A stretch of DNA of 64,000 bases from an uncultured Gammaproteobacteria bacterium (GCA_964496095.1 CAZBWU010000001.1:48617-112616); one strand, 5' to 3'; shown: positions 9,547 to 19,777, counted from the stretch's first letter. The notes: generated from the letters alone by a model not told the origin. Numbers and translations: made by a program.

Positions 9547-9919
9547 TAAAGTTTTTCTTGGGAATAAAAATTTTTGTATTTAAGTAAGCCTCTATCTCAA
9601 TACCTTCATTTGTCCAATTAGTTTTTGTATCAAGCAGATCTTGTTCGCTCGTAATAGAAGCAAAGGGGTAATTAAGAGCAAAGCCATAAGTCGGTTCGAC
9701 TTGTTTTGATATCCAGATAAAATATTTTGTATCAAGCGTTTGTTGTTGTTTAATTATGGAGATGCAATATTGGTTAGATGATCCGTAGTTTATTTCTTGT
9801 GGCTGGCAAGATAATGCAAACTTTTGTTCACTCCAAGATACGCCAAATAATTGGCAAATAATTACAATTCCGAATAAAAATAAAAGTAGGGTTTCTATTA
9901 AAAAAATAATTTTTTTCAT
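9533..9919 (-). CDS. Hypothetical exported/membrane-anchored protein
   Basis: MKK plus hydrophobic N-terminus. Confidence 0.65.
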   Translation of the reverse strand: MKKIIFLIETLLLFLFGIVIICQLFGVSWSEQKFALSCQPQEINYGSSNQYCISIIKQQQTLDTKYFIWISKQVEPTYGFALNYPFASITSEQDLLDTKTNWTNEGIEIEAYLNTKIFIPKKNFIGGR

Positions 9920-10010
9920 ATTATTGTACTCTCAATTTACTTGTGTTAGTATTGTAAGACTAATAAAATTATACCGTTTTACTTTATATAACGCAATGTT
10001 TTAGCCGAGT

Positions 10011-10484
10011 ATGACAACTAGTAATATGCTTCCAAAATTTATTCTCATCCTCCCTAATATCCGTAGTGGTCACAATGTGGGGGCTATTTTTCGGACTGCT
10101 GATGGTGCGGGTGTAGACAAGTTATACCTCACCGGCTATACGCCTTGCCCGCCACATGTGCAGATTGACAAGGTGTCGCTGGGCGCGGAAAAGTGGATGC
10201 CTTGGGAGTATCGCAAACAAACTGGCAGACTGCTTAAAGAATTAAAACAAATAGGGTATAATATAGTGGCTCTAGAACAAACCAAAACGAGCCAAGACAT
10301 ATTTGGTTTTCAGCCGCAATTTCCGCTAGCCTTGGTTTTGGGAAATGAAAAAACCGGTGTTTCCAAAGCCTTGCTCAAGTATTGCGACCAGGCGATTGAG
10401 ATTCCAATGCACGGCAAGAAAAACAGTCTCAATGTCAGTGTGGCGGCGGGTGTGGCGATGTACGTTATAAAAAATAAAATTTAA
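10011..10484 (+). CDS. TrmH/SpoU family RNA methyltransferase
   Basis: NIRSGHNVGAIFRTADGAG, LVLGNE, IPMHGKKNSLNVSVAAG. Confidence 0.93.
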   Translation: MTTSNMLPKFILILPNIRSGHNVGAIFRTADGAGVDKLYLTGYTPCPPHVQIDKVSLGAEKWMPWEYRKQTGRLLKELKQIGYNIVALEQTKTSQDIFGFQPQFPLALVLGNEKTGVSKALLKYCDQAIEIPMHGKKNSLNVSVAAGVAMYVIKNKI

Positions 10485-10487
10485 AAC

Positions 10488-10649
10488 TGTCATCCCGAGG
10501 GTTACGCCCGAGGGATCTCTGTCCCAACTGTCATTCCCGCCACAGCGGGAATCCAGACAATTTAATTGGACGCTGGATACCCGATCAGGTCGGGGATTAC
10601 AACGACGAACGAACTGGACAGAGATTCCTCCTTTGTCGTCGGAATGACA
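10488..10649. repeat. Nested REP/dRS3-like palindromic element (inner unit 10529-10601)
   Basis: TGTCAT...ATGACA termini; inner ATTCCC-N8-GGGAAT; related copies at 33832, 37917, 59114 and 63488. Confidence 0.85.
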
Positions 10650-10659
10650 ATAAAAAATT

Positions 10660-11382
10660 ATGCAATCAACCATTCAATTATTTCATTACTTCTACAACAA
10701 TCTACCGCCACTTGTGCCGGAAGATGTGGTTTTGTCTATGAAAAAAGAATTGGATGATTTGGAAAAAGACCCAAATGTCACTTTGGCCGAAGTCGAAGAC
10801 AGGATGGTCAGATTTGGCTATGAAGTTTGGCCTTGGAATCAAGCCTTCAAATATTTTTTAAATAATGTTGAAGAAAAAATGGGTGACCATTTTTTGTTGC
10901 CTAGAATGAGTGAAGGATTGCGCGAAAAATACCTTAATTTCCAAGCATTAAATGGCACGCTCAAAGATCTGCAAACCGGCCGACCCGCTTCGTTTTTTAC
11001 TTCAGAAGAAAGGGCTGAATTGTGCGAAAAATTAGTAGATATGCGTTTGCACTTGAAAGAATATGTAAAGAGAGATCTGCTCGGAGTAAACCGAGAGGCC
11101 TATTTAGAAAAAGTAGATGAGTATAAAAACTTAGTAGAAAAAATAAAGTTTAATTTGGAATCTTTGCGTAATTTTGTAGAAAAGGAAGAAGACGGATCCG
11201 TTTTGATTGCGGAAATAAATACAAAGATTCGAGATTTTGAACATGGCCTGTGTCTACTTGGTACGGAGTTGGATTTTGAAGCAGTTTGCCAAGTGCATGA
11301 TTTTTTTGTAGGACGCAAAAAAGATTTGAATAGAATGAGAGGAATCAATACGCCAATAGAGGTTAATTTTTATAATGATTAA
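10660..11382 (+). CDS. Hypothetical alpha-helical protein
   Basis: 240-aa ORF, charged helical composition. Confidence 0.75.
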   Translation: MQSTIQLFHYFYNNLPPLVPEDVVLSMKKELDDLEKDPNVTLAEVEDRMVRFGYEVWPWNQAFKYFLNNVEEKMGDHFLLPRMSEGLREKYLNFQALNGTLKDLQTGRPASFFTSEERAELCEKLVDMRLHLKEYVKRDLLGVNREAYLEKVDEYKNLVEKIKFNLESLRNFVEKEEDGSVLIAEINTKIRDFEHGLCLLGTELDFEAVCQVHDFFVGRKKDLNRMRGINTPIEVNFYND

Positions 11383-12362
11383 CCAATCAGAACTGGTTTG
11401 ATAGAAGAGAATTTAGAAATGGCTTTGGCCATTTCTTTTTGTGTAAGGAGGTTTTTTTCTGGTCCATGAGTTGATATAACGCTGCTACTATTGGCAATAC
11501 CCCAACTTAAAGCAATATCAAGAGGTTTTTTATAAAATTTGGCAGCTAGATATCCTGCTGAAAAAGCATCACCCGCGCCATTTTTGGCTACCACCTCTAC
11601 CGGAAAGCTTTCAGAGTGCCAAATCTGGGTGGCGTTTCCAGTCCAAGCGCCACGTTCACCGTCGGTAATAACTACTTCTTTGGCGCCCAGATTTTGTAAA
11701 TTCTTAATAAGAAGTGAAGTGTCAGTTGGTTGGTCTGCGGGAGTACCAAGGACCATTCTTGCTTCTTCTAGATTTAAGATTAAAAGATCGGTGCGAGGAA
11801 GAATGTCTTTAACCAGTTCTAAATTTTGTAATTGGAGGGAACCGGGATTGTAAGCCAATAAAATATCTCGGTGTTTATTTAAAAATTGTAATAACTTTTT
11901 TTGTAGAGGCTCATAACCTTCACTGAGACTAGTGTAGTAAACCCAATCTGTTTCTGGAAGGTTAGTTGGGAATTTATAGTTTCTTTTTTGATGAGCGGAC
12001 AGGATTGTTCTTTCTTTTTTGAAGTTTAAAACAACCGAATATCTAGTTTTGGCATTTTTATCAATAACCAAAAACTTAGTATTTATTTTATATTTTTTTA
12101 ATAATTTTTGGATTATTTCACCATTGGCATCCTTGCCTAGTGAGGTGAGAACGGAAGTTTTTAAGCCAAGTTTAACAGCTGCTAGGACCATGTTGGCAGC
12201 ATTACCGCCCAAAGCCTGGAAACTGTCGGTAATAGGGATCTTGGCGGCGTAGTTGAGACATAATTGGCAGTTCTGTTTATTGATATCACATTCCAAAGTC
12301 GCATTATCAATCATGATATGCGTATCAATGAGCATGTCGCCGATGGTGAGAAGATTGAACAT
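11379..12362 (-). CDS. PfkB family carbohydrate kinase
   Basis: LGGNAAN, YNPG, LNLEEA, ITDGERG, NGAGDAFSAG. Confidence 0.92.
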   Translation of the reverse strand: MFNLLTIGDMLIDTHIMIDNATLECDINKQNCQLCLNYAAKIPITDSFQALGGNAANMVLAAVKLGLKTSVLTSLGKDANGEIIQKLLKKYKINTKFLVIDKNAKTRYSVVLNFKKERTILSAHQKRNYKFPTNLPETDWVYYTSLSEGYEPLQKKLLQFLNKHRDILLAYNPGSLQLQNLELVKDILPRTDLLILNLEEARMVLGTPADQPTDTSLLIKNLQNLGAKEVVITDGERGAWTGNATQIWHSESFPVEVVAKNGAGDAFSAGYLAAKFYKKPLDIALSWGIANSSSVISTHGPEKNLLTQKEMAKAISKFSSIKPVLIG

Positions 12363-12365
12363 ATT

Positions 12366-12680
12366 TTATTTTGCGGGAGTGTCTTTGTGAACATCGGGTA
12401 TACAAACATGGTGATGGTGGCCGGTAAGAATTTCTATAAGCTCTATCCAGCTTCCGATAAATAAACCAGTCATCGCGATAGAAAATATTTTATTGCCAAC
12501 CCAGAGAGAGTAAACTAGAAGACAAGCTGAAGCAATAATAAAAACTGCGTCCTGTCGGCGTTCAGCTTCCAAGAAAACTCCATAAGTGAGAAGAATTGCG
12601 CCTAGGGCTGCTACCACGTTCATTACAACGTCTATCAGTGGCCAAGGCATAGTAGGAAAAAGATTGAGAAATTGTTCCAT
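12366..12680 (-). CDS. Small membrane protein with His-rich C-terminal tail
   Basis: 3 TM-like segments; GHHHHVC tail. Confidence 0.7.
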   Translation of the reverse strand: MEQFLNLFPTMPWPLIDVVMNVVAALGAILLTYGVFLEAERRQDAVFIIASACLLVYSLWVGNKIFSIAMTGLFIGSWIELIEILTGHHHHVCIPDVHKDTPAK

Positions 12681-12698
12681 AGATTTTTGTTTAGTGAC

Positions 12699-13646
12699 TT
12701 ACTCCTCCCATCTATTAATATACTCTATTGCTGCCAAAGCCGCAATAATTCCTTGACCGGCAGCGATACCAATTTGTTTGTAAGCAACAGTAGTTACGTC
12801 GCCAGCGGCAAAAACACCCGGCAAATTGGTTCGGCATTTTTCATCCACAATAATTTCACCAACTTTATTTTTATTTACTCCGTCGACAAATTGAGAATTT
12901 GGTATTTGGCCAATATGCACCATTACACCATCGCCTGGAATTTCTTTTTCTGCTCCAGATGTATCTGTATATTTTACAGCTGTCACTTTATTTTCTCCGA
13001 CAATGGCCGTGGTGTTGGCTTCATAGATAACTTCAACATTATCTAAAGTTTTTAATTTTTCAATCAAGATATTTTCGCCTTTAGGAAAACCATAATTTTG
13101 TTCCGGGGTATTGGCAAATTTGCTCAGTAAATATACCTTTTTGGCAATGCCAGCCATCATTAGGGCTGATTCTAGAGCAGCATTTCCCGAGCCAACAGTG
13201 ACGGTAGTTTTGTTTTTGAATAATGGGCCATCACAAACTGTACAGTAGGTAATGCCTTTTTGGTACAACTCTATTTCCCCAGGTATATCCAAATGACGAG
13301 GGTGGATGCCGGTAGCAATTATCACTGTTTTGGTTTCGTACTCCTGTTCCTCATCATTGCCGTTTACTGCTGTGATTTTATAATAATTTTTGACGGGTGT
13401 AATTTTTTTGACTTTCAATCCCTCGTCTATTTGGACACCATAAGAACGAACGTGTTCGGTAAATTTTTGCGCTAATTCAAAACCCTGAATATTTATAATA
13501 CCGGGCCAGTTGGCTACTTCTCCCGAGAGGGCCACTTCTCCACCAGTATCGAGAGTGACAACTTTGAAATTGAGATTACGGCGAGCGGCGTAGATAGCAG
13601 CACTAGATCCGGCGGCAGCCGCGCCAACGATAATAAGGTCGTACAT
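12699..13646 (-). CDS. trxB: Thioredoxin-disulfide reductase
   Basis: MYDLIIVG, IIATG, GITYCTVCDG redox motif, GVFAAGD. Confidence 0.9.
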   Translation of the reverse strand: MYDLIIVGAAAAGSSAAIYAARRNLNFKVVTLDTGGEVALSGEVANWPGIINIQGFELAQKFTEHVRSYGVQIDEGLKVKKITPVKNYYKITAVNGNDEEQEYETKTVIIATGIHPRHLDIPGEIELYQKGITYCTVCDGPLFKNKTTVTVGSGNAALESALMMAGIAKKVYLLSKFANTPEQNYGFPKGENILIEKLKTLDNVEVIYEANTTAIVGENKVTAVKYTDTSGAEKEIPGDGVMVHIGQIPNSQFVDGVNKNKVGEIIVDEKCRTNLPGVFAAGDVTTVAYKQIGIAAGQGIIAALAAIEYINRWEE

Positions 13647-13647
13647 A

Positions 13648-14301
13648 TTAAATAGTAGTTTCACCTAAGGCTTTAATTAAATTTTCATGAGCTACCTCTG
13701 TGTCAGACGCAGACATAATAGCGCTACCAACATATAATTTTTCAGCGCCAGCGTCAACTACTGATTTGATTGTATTTTCGTTTACACCACCATCAACTGA
13801 GCAAACTATATCTAGGTTTAATTTTTTGAATTCTTTTATTTTTTCTAACACCTCTTCTACAAAGACAGAACCTTGATGTCCTGGGTGTACTGTCATAAAC
13901 AATATTTCGTCTACCAACTTGAGGTAAGGAAGAACCTGTGATAATGGGGTTTCAGGATTGAGGGCAATACCAGCTTTCCAACCATGTTTGCGGATATGAC
14001 GAACACATTCTTCCGGGTCAACATCTGATTCTATATGAAAGACGGCGCTAGTCACATTGGCCACATCGGTCCAAAGTGCCATTTCTGACATTGGGTCTTT
14101 GACCATCAGATGCAGTTCAAAATAGGCTTCGGAGTTGAGTTCGTTGACCTGCTCACGTTCGGTAAAAGATGTGTTGTTAACAAAAAGTCCATCCATGACA
14201 TCTATTTGGATAGAAGAAAAATCTTTTTCTACTTTTTTCAGTTGTTCGCTAAATGTGGTAAGACTGTTTGTGAGGATGGCGGGGACAATTAAGGGGATCA
14301 T
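13648..14301 (-). CDS. rpe: Ribulose-phosphate 3-epimerase
   Basis: IDVMDGLFV, HLMV, FHIE, ALNPET, MTVHPG, VDGGVN. Confidence 0.93.
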   Translation of the reverse strand: MIPLIVPAILTNSLTTFSEQLKKVEKDFSSIQIDVMDGLFVNNTSFTEREQVNELNSEAYFELHLMVKDPMSEMALWTDVANVTSAVFHIESDVDPEECVRHIRKHGWKAGIALNPETPLSQVLPYLKLVDEILFMTVHPGHQGSVFVEEVLEKIKEFKKLNLDIVCSVDGGVNENTIKSVVDAGAEKLYVGSAIMSASDTEVAHENLIKALGETTI

Positions 14302-14302
14302 A

Positions 14303-14641
14303 TTAGTTTACAGCTGTTGAAGAAAAAATAAGCAAAAGCATGTTTATCATAAAGCTAAAAAATAGTTGGTATAAAAATACTTTTATACCTTCTTGTGTAT
14401 TTTTGTATTTATTTACAATATAATAGGGCAGTGTAAAAGTTATTGTTAATATAAACAATAAAATAAAAGCAAAACTGCTAAAAACAAAGTAGATATCGTT
14501 TGTTGACCTTACTCCATTCTCCATGAAGCTAAGTCCTAAATAAGAAATTGTTAAGCTTCCTATAATTAAAATAGTTCCTAGTAGTCCATATAGAGGTTTT
14601 TGCCAAGTCTTTAGAATATTTTTTTCTTGTTCCATATTCAT
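14303..14641 (-). CDS. Hypothetical membrane protein
   Basis: 3 hydrophobic segments, very AT-rich, between rpiB and rpe. Confidence 0.6.
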   Translation of the reverse strand: MNMEQEKNILKTWQKPLYGLLGTILIIGSLTISYLGLSFMENGVRSTNDIYFVFSSFAFILLFILTITFTLPYYIVNKYKNTQEGIKVFLYQLFFSFMINMLLLIFSSTAVN

Positions 14642-14651
14642 TATTAATTAA

Positions 14652-15095
14652 TTATTTTTCTAAATCCTGTATTTTTTTATTTCTTCGTACCAGTCTTTCA
14701 TCACCATCAAATTTGGTAGTTAGGAATTTTTTGACTATGGCTTTGGTAAAATCAAGAGAGGGTGGATTGCTAGGAAGGCAGAGAATGTTAGCATTATTAT
14801 GTTTTCGTCCCATTTCCGTAGATTGGATATTGTAACCAATAATTGCGTAGGCGCCTTTGATTTTATTGGCGGTAATACACATGCCATGGCCGGTGCCACA
14901 AATCAAAATACCCAAATTTTCTCTATCTTCAGCCACTTTTTTGGCCAAAGGCACAGCATAATCTGGAAAATCATCAGTTTGGATAAAAACTTCCGGACCT
15001 AAATCTTCTAGGTCTTTATCTAGTTCGGTTTTTAGATAGCGGACAAGCTCCTTTTTGAGCTGGAAACCGTTGTGGTCAGAGGCAATGTAGAGCAT
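14652..15095 (-). CDS. rpiB: Ribose-5-phosphate isomerase B
   Basis: IASDHNG, DDFPDYA, GILICGTGHGM, HNNANILCL. Confidence 0.93.
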   Translation of the reverse strand: MLYIASDHNGFQLKKELVRYLKTELDKDLEDLGPEVFIQTDDFPDYAVPLAKKVAEDRENLGILICGTGHGMCITANKIKGAYAIIGYNIQSTEMGRKHNNANILCLPSNPPSLDFTKAIVKKFLTTKFDGDERLVRRNKKIQDLEK

Positions 15096-15223
15096 AAAAA
15101 GCAGAGTAGGTTTATAAGCAGATTAGGCAGAATTAGTAGACGGTATTGTACAATTTTATTGTTTTTTTGACAACCCTGTATTTTTTGACTAAATGCAACA
15201 TTTTTGGTAATGTTAGAGGCACT

Positions 15224-15586
15224 ATGAAGCTAGGAGAACGTCAAGTTGCTTTTGAGATCATTAAGGCGGAAGTGCACAAAGAATGCGCATCAATGTTTAA
15301 AGCTTTGGAAAAAATAAAAAATAGCAAAGATAATGCTGAACGAGTTTTAGTAATTGTTAAAGAAATTAATACTGAGATGCAAAGGATTGCCTTTTTTAAT
15401 CAACAAGGGGGTTCTAATGTCGAGCAAAGGGTAATTATAGAAGCTTTGTTAGATAGTTTAGTAACTACTATAGATAGTTTTGTGGGAGAGAAAAAAACTG
15501 GGGATGATGTCTATTTTCATAATATAAAAAAATTAGCACAGGGTTCATTACGAAAATATATACATCGTTTAGCAGTGCGTCCTTAA
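15224..15586 (+). CDS. Hypothetical protein
   Basis: ATG downstream of TTGACT-N17-TAATGT; stop 9 nt before ileS. Confidence 0.6.
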   Translation: MKLGERQVAFEIIKAEVHKECASMFKALEKIKNSKDNAERVLVIVKEINTEMQRIAFFNQQGGSNVEQRVIIEALLDSLVTTIDSFVGEKKTGDDVYFHNIKKLAQGSLRKYIHRLAVRP

Positions 15587-15595
15587 TTATAAAAT

Positions 15596-18547
15596 ATGTA
15601 CAACGCCAATCAAGAAGAACAAGAAATACTGAAATACTGGAAAGATAACCACTCTTTTGAAAAGTCTATTTCCAGCAGAGCAGAGAATAAGCCCTACCAT
15701 TTTTATGATGGGCCTCCTTTTGCTACCGGATTGCCTCATTATGGGCATATTGTCGCTTCGACAATGAAAGACGCTGTACCGCGTTATTTTACGATGCGTG
15801 GGTACCGTGTGGAGCGCAAGTGGGGTTGGGATAGCCATGGTCTACCAGTAGAAAATATTATTGAAAAAGAGCTTGATTTGGCATCAAAAAAAGATATTGA
15901 AGATTATGGGGTAGCAAAATTTAACGAAGCTTGCCGAGCGACTGTGCTCAAATATGCTACTGAATGGCAGAAAACCATTACCCGTATGGGTCGCTGGGTA
16001 GACATGAAAAACGACTACAAAACCATGGACCCAAATTTTATGGAAAGTGTCTGGTGGGTCTTCAAACAGCTTTGGAATAAAGGATTGATTTATAAAGATT
16101 ATAAGGCGATGCATATCTGTCCTCGTTGTTCTACTACCCTTTCAAATTTTGAAGTAACACAGGGGTATAAAGATATTAAGGATATTTCAGCGATTGCCAA
16201 GTTCAAAGTAGATAGATTTAGAGGATCAAAATTACCTGACAATACTTATATTCTTGCTTGGACAACTACTCCTTGGACTTTGCCTGGGAATGTAGTGTTG
16301 GCTGTAAATCCTGAAATTGATTATGTTGTTTTAGAAATAGAAGGGGAAGAAGGAAGTTTTGTTTTGGCTAAGGAAATGGCTGAAAAAGTAATGAAAGATA
16401 AAAAGTATAAAGAAATTAGTAGTTTAAAAGGTTCTGATTTAGTTGGTTTAGAATATGAACCACTATTTTCATATTATAAAGACACTTCTAATGCTTTTAG
16501 AGTAGTGGGGGCTGAGTTTGTTTCTGTTGAAGAAGGTACGGGCATAGTGCATATTGCCCCTGGATTTGGTGAGGATGACTTCCAGGTTGGAAAGCGTGAA
16601 AATATTCCGATGGTACAGCACGTATCTATGGAAGGTAAGTTTAAGCCCGAGGTGACAGATTTTGCGGGGATGGATGTAAAACCAAAAGATGATAATAGTA
16701 AGGCTGATATTGAAATTATCAAATGGCTAGCTCATAACGGAAAATTATTTAGTAAAGAAAAAATAGAACACAGCTATCCGCATTGTTGGCGTTGTGATAC
16801 TCCGCTTCTCAATTATGCCACTACTAGTTGGTTTGTGCGCGTCACTCAAATCAAAGATCAGCTCATCAAAAATAATCAAAAAATAAATTGGGTGCCGGAA
16901 CATATCAAAGACGGCCGTTTTGGTTTGTGGTTGGAAGGTGCCAGAGATTGGGCAATTTCTCGCAGTCGTTATTGGGGCACACCATTGCCAGTTTGGCAGT
17001 GTGTTGGAGAAAAATGTGAAAATACGATTGTTATTGGATCAGTAGAAGAATTTGAAAAATTATCAGGACAAAAAATTACAGATTTACATAAACATATTAT
17101 TGATGGTATAGAGTTGCCTTGTGATAAATGTGGAGCGCAGATGAAGAGAATTCCAGAAGTGTTGGATTGCTGGTTTGAATCCGGCAGTATGCCGTATGGG
17201 CAGATGCATTATCCTTTTGAAAATAAAGCCAAGTTTGAAGCCAGTTTTCCGGCTGAATTTATTGCCGAAGGTCAGGATCAAACTCGTGGTTGGTTTTACA
17301 CATTGCATGTTTTGGCAACGGCTCTTACTATGGGAGAAAGTCCCTCTATTCCAGTACAAAAATCTGAGCCTGGATTTAAGAATGTGATTGTAAATGGTAT
17401 CGTGCTGGCTGAAGATGGTAAGAAAATGAGTAAGAGATTAAAAAATTATCCAGAGCCGGAAATAGTTTTGGAGAAATATGGCGCTGATGCTTTGCGTTAT
17501 TATTTGTTAACTTCACCAGTGATGCAAGCCGAGAGTCTGAACTTCTCCGAAGTGGGTGTGCGTGAAGTTTTTAATAAATTGATCAATACTGTCTATAATG
17601 TTTTGGAGTTTTATAAAATGTTTGCTAGCGAAAGTTCGCAGTTGGAAGCTGGCGGTTCGCAGCCAGAAAATGTTTTGGAAAAATGGATTTTGGCAAAGTT
17701 GCAAATCCTGATTAAAGATGTGACAACAGGAATGGAAACCTACAAACTCGTAGAAGCCAGTAGGCCAATTGTAGAATTTGTGACCGAGTTATCGCAGTGG
17801 TATGTGCGTCGTTCTCGTGATAGATTCAAAGGCGATGATGAGCAAGACAAACAATCTGCTTTAGCGACTTTGCATGAAGTATTATTAACCCTGTCTAAAT
17901 TAATGGCGCCATTTACACCTTTTATTGCCGAGAAAATATATCAAGAGGTACAAAGTATGGTAGAAGGAATGCAGGGAAGCGTGCATTTAGAAGAGTGGCC
18001 TCTTGTTGATGAAAAGCTGATGGATGATAAAGTGATGAAAATGATGGAAATGGCACGTAAGGTGGTGGAGATGGGGTTGGCGCTTCGCGCAGAGCAGGGA
18101 TTGAAAGTTAGACAGCCCTTAAATACTTTAACAATAAATAATAAAGAATTGGACAGTGAATTTTTTGGCATTATTCAAGATGAATTAAATATCAAGAAGG
18201 TTGAGTTGGTTGAAAATAATACAGATGATAAGTCTTTGGTCTGGAAAGAAGATGGAACAATAAAAATTGGTTTGGATGTAATCATTACCGACGATCTCAA
18301 AAAAGAAGGCTTGCTTCGTGAGATTGTGCGTACTATCAATCAGATCCGCAAAGATCAAAAGCTAACTATCTCTGATAGGGTTTCGGTTAAGTATAATGTT
18401 AAGGACGAGCTTTTGAAATCAGTGTTTGTTGAATATGTAGATGAAATCAAAAAGTCTGTGTTGGCAGATATGTTGGTAGAAGCAGACGGGGGAGAAGAAA
18501 AGGAAATCGGGGGAGTTATGGTGGGGGTTTTGGTGGAGAAGTTATAA
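15596..18547 (+). CDS. ileS: Isoleucyl-tRNA synthetase (type 2)
   Basis: FYDGPPFATGLPHYGH, WTTTPWTLP, HSYPHCWRC, DQTRGWFY, KMSKR. Confidence 0.98.
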   Translation: MYNANQEEQEILKYWKDNHSFEKSISSRAENKPYHFYDGPPFATGLPHYGHIVASTMKDAVPRYFTMRGYRVERKWGWDSHGLPVENIIEKELDLASKKDIEDYGVAKFNEACRATVLKYATEWQKTITRMGRWVDMKNDYKTMDPNFMESVWWVFKQLWNKGLIYKDYKAMHICPRCSTTLSNFEVTQGYKDIKDISAIAKFKVDRFRGSKLPDNTYILAWTTTPWTLPGNVVLAVNPEIDYVVLEIEGEEGSFVLAKEMAEKVMKDKKYKEISSLKGSDLVGLEYEPLFSYYKDTSNAFRVVGAEFVSVEEGTGIVHIAPGFGEDDFQVGKRENIPMVQHVSMEGKFKPEVTDFAGMDVKPKDDNSKADIEIIKWLAHNGKLFSKEKIEHSYPHCWRCDTPLLNYATTSWFVRVTQIKDQLIKNNQKINWVPEHIKDGRFGLWLEGARDWAISRSRYWGTPLPVWQCVGEKCENTIVIGSVEEFEKLSGQKITDLHKHIIDGIELPCDKCGAQMKRIPEVLDCWFESGSMPYGQMHYPFENKAKFEASFPAEFIAEGQDQTRGWFYTLHVLATALTMGESPSIPVQKSEPGFKNVIVNGIVLAEDGKKMSKRLKNYPEPEIVLEKYGADALRYYLLTSPVMQAESLNFSEVGVREVFNKLINTVYNVLEFYKMFASESSQLEAGGSQPENVLEKWILAKLQILIKDVTTGMETYKLVEASRPIVEFVTELSQWYVRRSRDRFKGDDEQDKQSALATLHEVLLTLSKLMAPFTPFIAEKIYQEVQSMVEGMQGSVHLEEWPLVDEKLMDDKVMKMMEMARKVVEMGLALRAEQGLKVRQPLNTLTINNKELDSEFFGIIQDELNIKKVELVENNTDDKSLVWKEDGTIKIGLDVIITDDLKKEGLLREIVRTINQIRKDQKLTISDRVSVKYNVKDELLKSVFVEYVDEIKKSVLADMLVEADGGEEKEIGGVMVGVLVEKL

Positions 18548-18666
18548 GCGCTGTTATAGCGCTTGAAATTCCGTCGCTCGCCCCAGATGAAAGCAAAATT
18601 TCGTCTGTGGCTCACTAGGAATTATAAATCATTTATTAATTTAAAAGATCCTGTAATAAATTCAGG

Positions 18667-19647
18667 ATGACAAATTATATGTTAACCTTCAAAGAAATGT
18701 ACGACCTGGGTGTGAAGCTCGGAGGGGCAGCTGATCCTCGTGGAGCAAAGGGAGTAAAAAAGTATTTAGAAAGAGTTGCAAAAGAGTTCGCAGGTTTGAA
18801 GCCTGAGGATAAAAAATATTTTGAAACAGATAGATTAGTAAACCCATATTTTTTTGATACTCGCATGCATGTTGGTAATCATAAAGATTCAGTAAAAAGA
18901 ATTTTGGCCGGTATTGATGTGGGAGCGGGTGAAATTTTGCTTGCTACTCAACTAAATGAACGTGGGCAAAAAATAGATGCCGTAGTCGCTCATCATCCAA
19001 TGGGAGGAAGTTTGGCCACTCTGCACGGTATTATGGATATGGTGGTAGAAGTTTATGAAGAGTTGGGTGTACCGGTGCATTTGGCAGAAAAATATATGGA
19101 AGAAAGAATTAACGAAGTGGGTCGCAGTGTCCATCCCATCAATCATTATCAAATCATAGATATGGCTAGATTGTTAGGAGTTAATTTTATGAACATGCAT
19201 ACTCCTACCGATAATTTGGTGCATGTATTTTTGGAAGAATTTTTAGCTAAAAAGAAACCGGAAACTGTGGGTGATGTTATGGATGCTTTAATGGAAATTC
19301 CTGAATATCAAGAAGCCAAGAGAAGAGGCAATGGCCCAGTTATTTTTAGCGGTAGCCCTAGAAATAAAGTTGGTAAATATATTTTAGAAATGACTGGCGG
19401 TACTGAACCCGCTAGTAAAATTTATACCGAACTTTCTCGTGTTGGTATAAGTACGGTGGTGGGGATGCATATGCAAAAAGATCAAAGAGATAAAGCTAGT
19501 GAATCCAGTATGAATGTCGTAGTGGCTGGTCATATGTCTTCTGACTCTTTGGGTATGAATTTGTATTTGGATGAGCTCGAGAAAAAAGGTGTGGAAGTTA
19601 TACCGTGTGGTGGATTAATTCGCGTGAGTAGAGTCAAGAAAAAATAA
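18667..19647 (+). CDS. NIF3-like dinuclear metal-binding protein
   Basis: ILAGID, AHHP, HTPTDN, MTGGTE, AGHMSSDSLGMN. Confidence 0.85.
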   Translation: MTNYMLTFKEMYDLGVKLGGAADPRGAKGVKKYLERVAKEFAGLKPEDKKYFETDRLVNPYFFDTRMHVGNHKDSVKRILAGIDVGAGEILLATQLNERGQKIDAVVAHHPMGGSLATLHGIMDMVVEVYEELGVPVHLAEKYMEERINEVGRSVHPINHYQIIDMARLLGVNFMNMHTPTDNLVHVFLEEFLAKKKPETVGDVMDALMEIPEYQEAKRRGNGPVIFSGSPRNKVGKYILEMTGGTEPASKIYTELSRVGISTVVGMHMQKDQRDKASESSMNVVVAGHMSSDSLGMNLYLDELEKKGVEVIPCGGLIRVSRVKKK

Positions 19648-19777
19648 ATCAGGCAGTTCAATTATTGATATTTTTTTGTGGCAAGACGGCTCCCGCTGGG
19701 AGCTCGCCCGCTGTGGCGGGTTGGTGATTGCCACTTTAAAAATATAAATAATTTCTCGTTTCAATAATGTAGGGTCT

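Noticed and set aside
10488-10649. CRISPR array interpretation of the palindromic repeats
   Set aside because: No tandem direct repeats with regular unique spacers, and no cas genes in the window.
10326-10757. ORFs 10326-10673(-) and 10566-10757(+)
   Set aside because: They run across the palindromic repeat and overlap real genes; artefacts.
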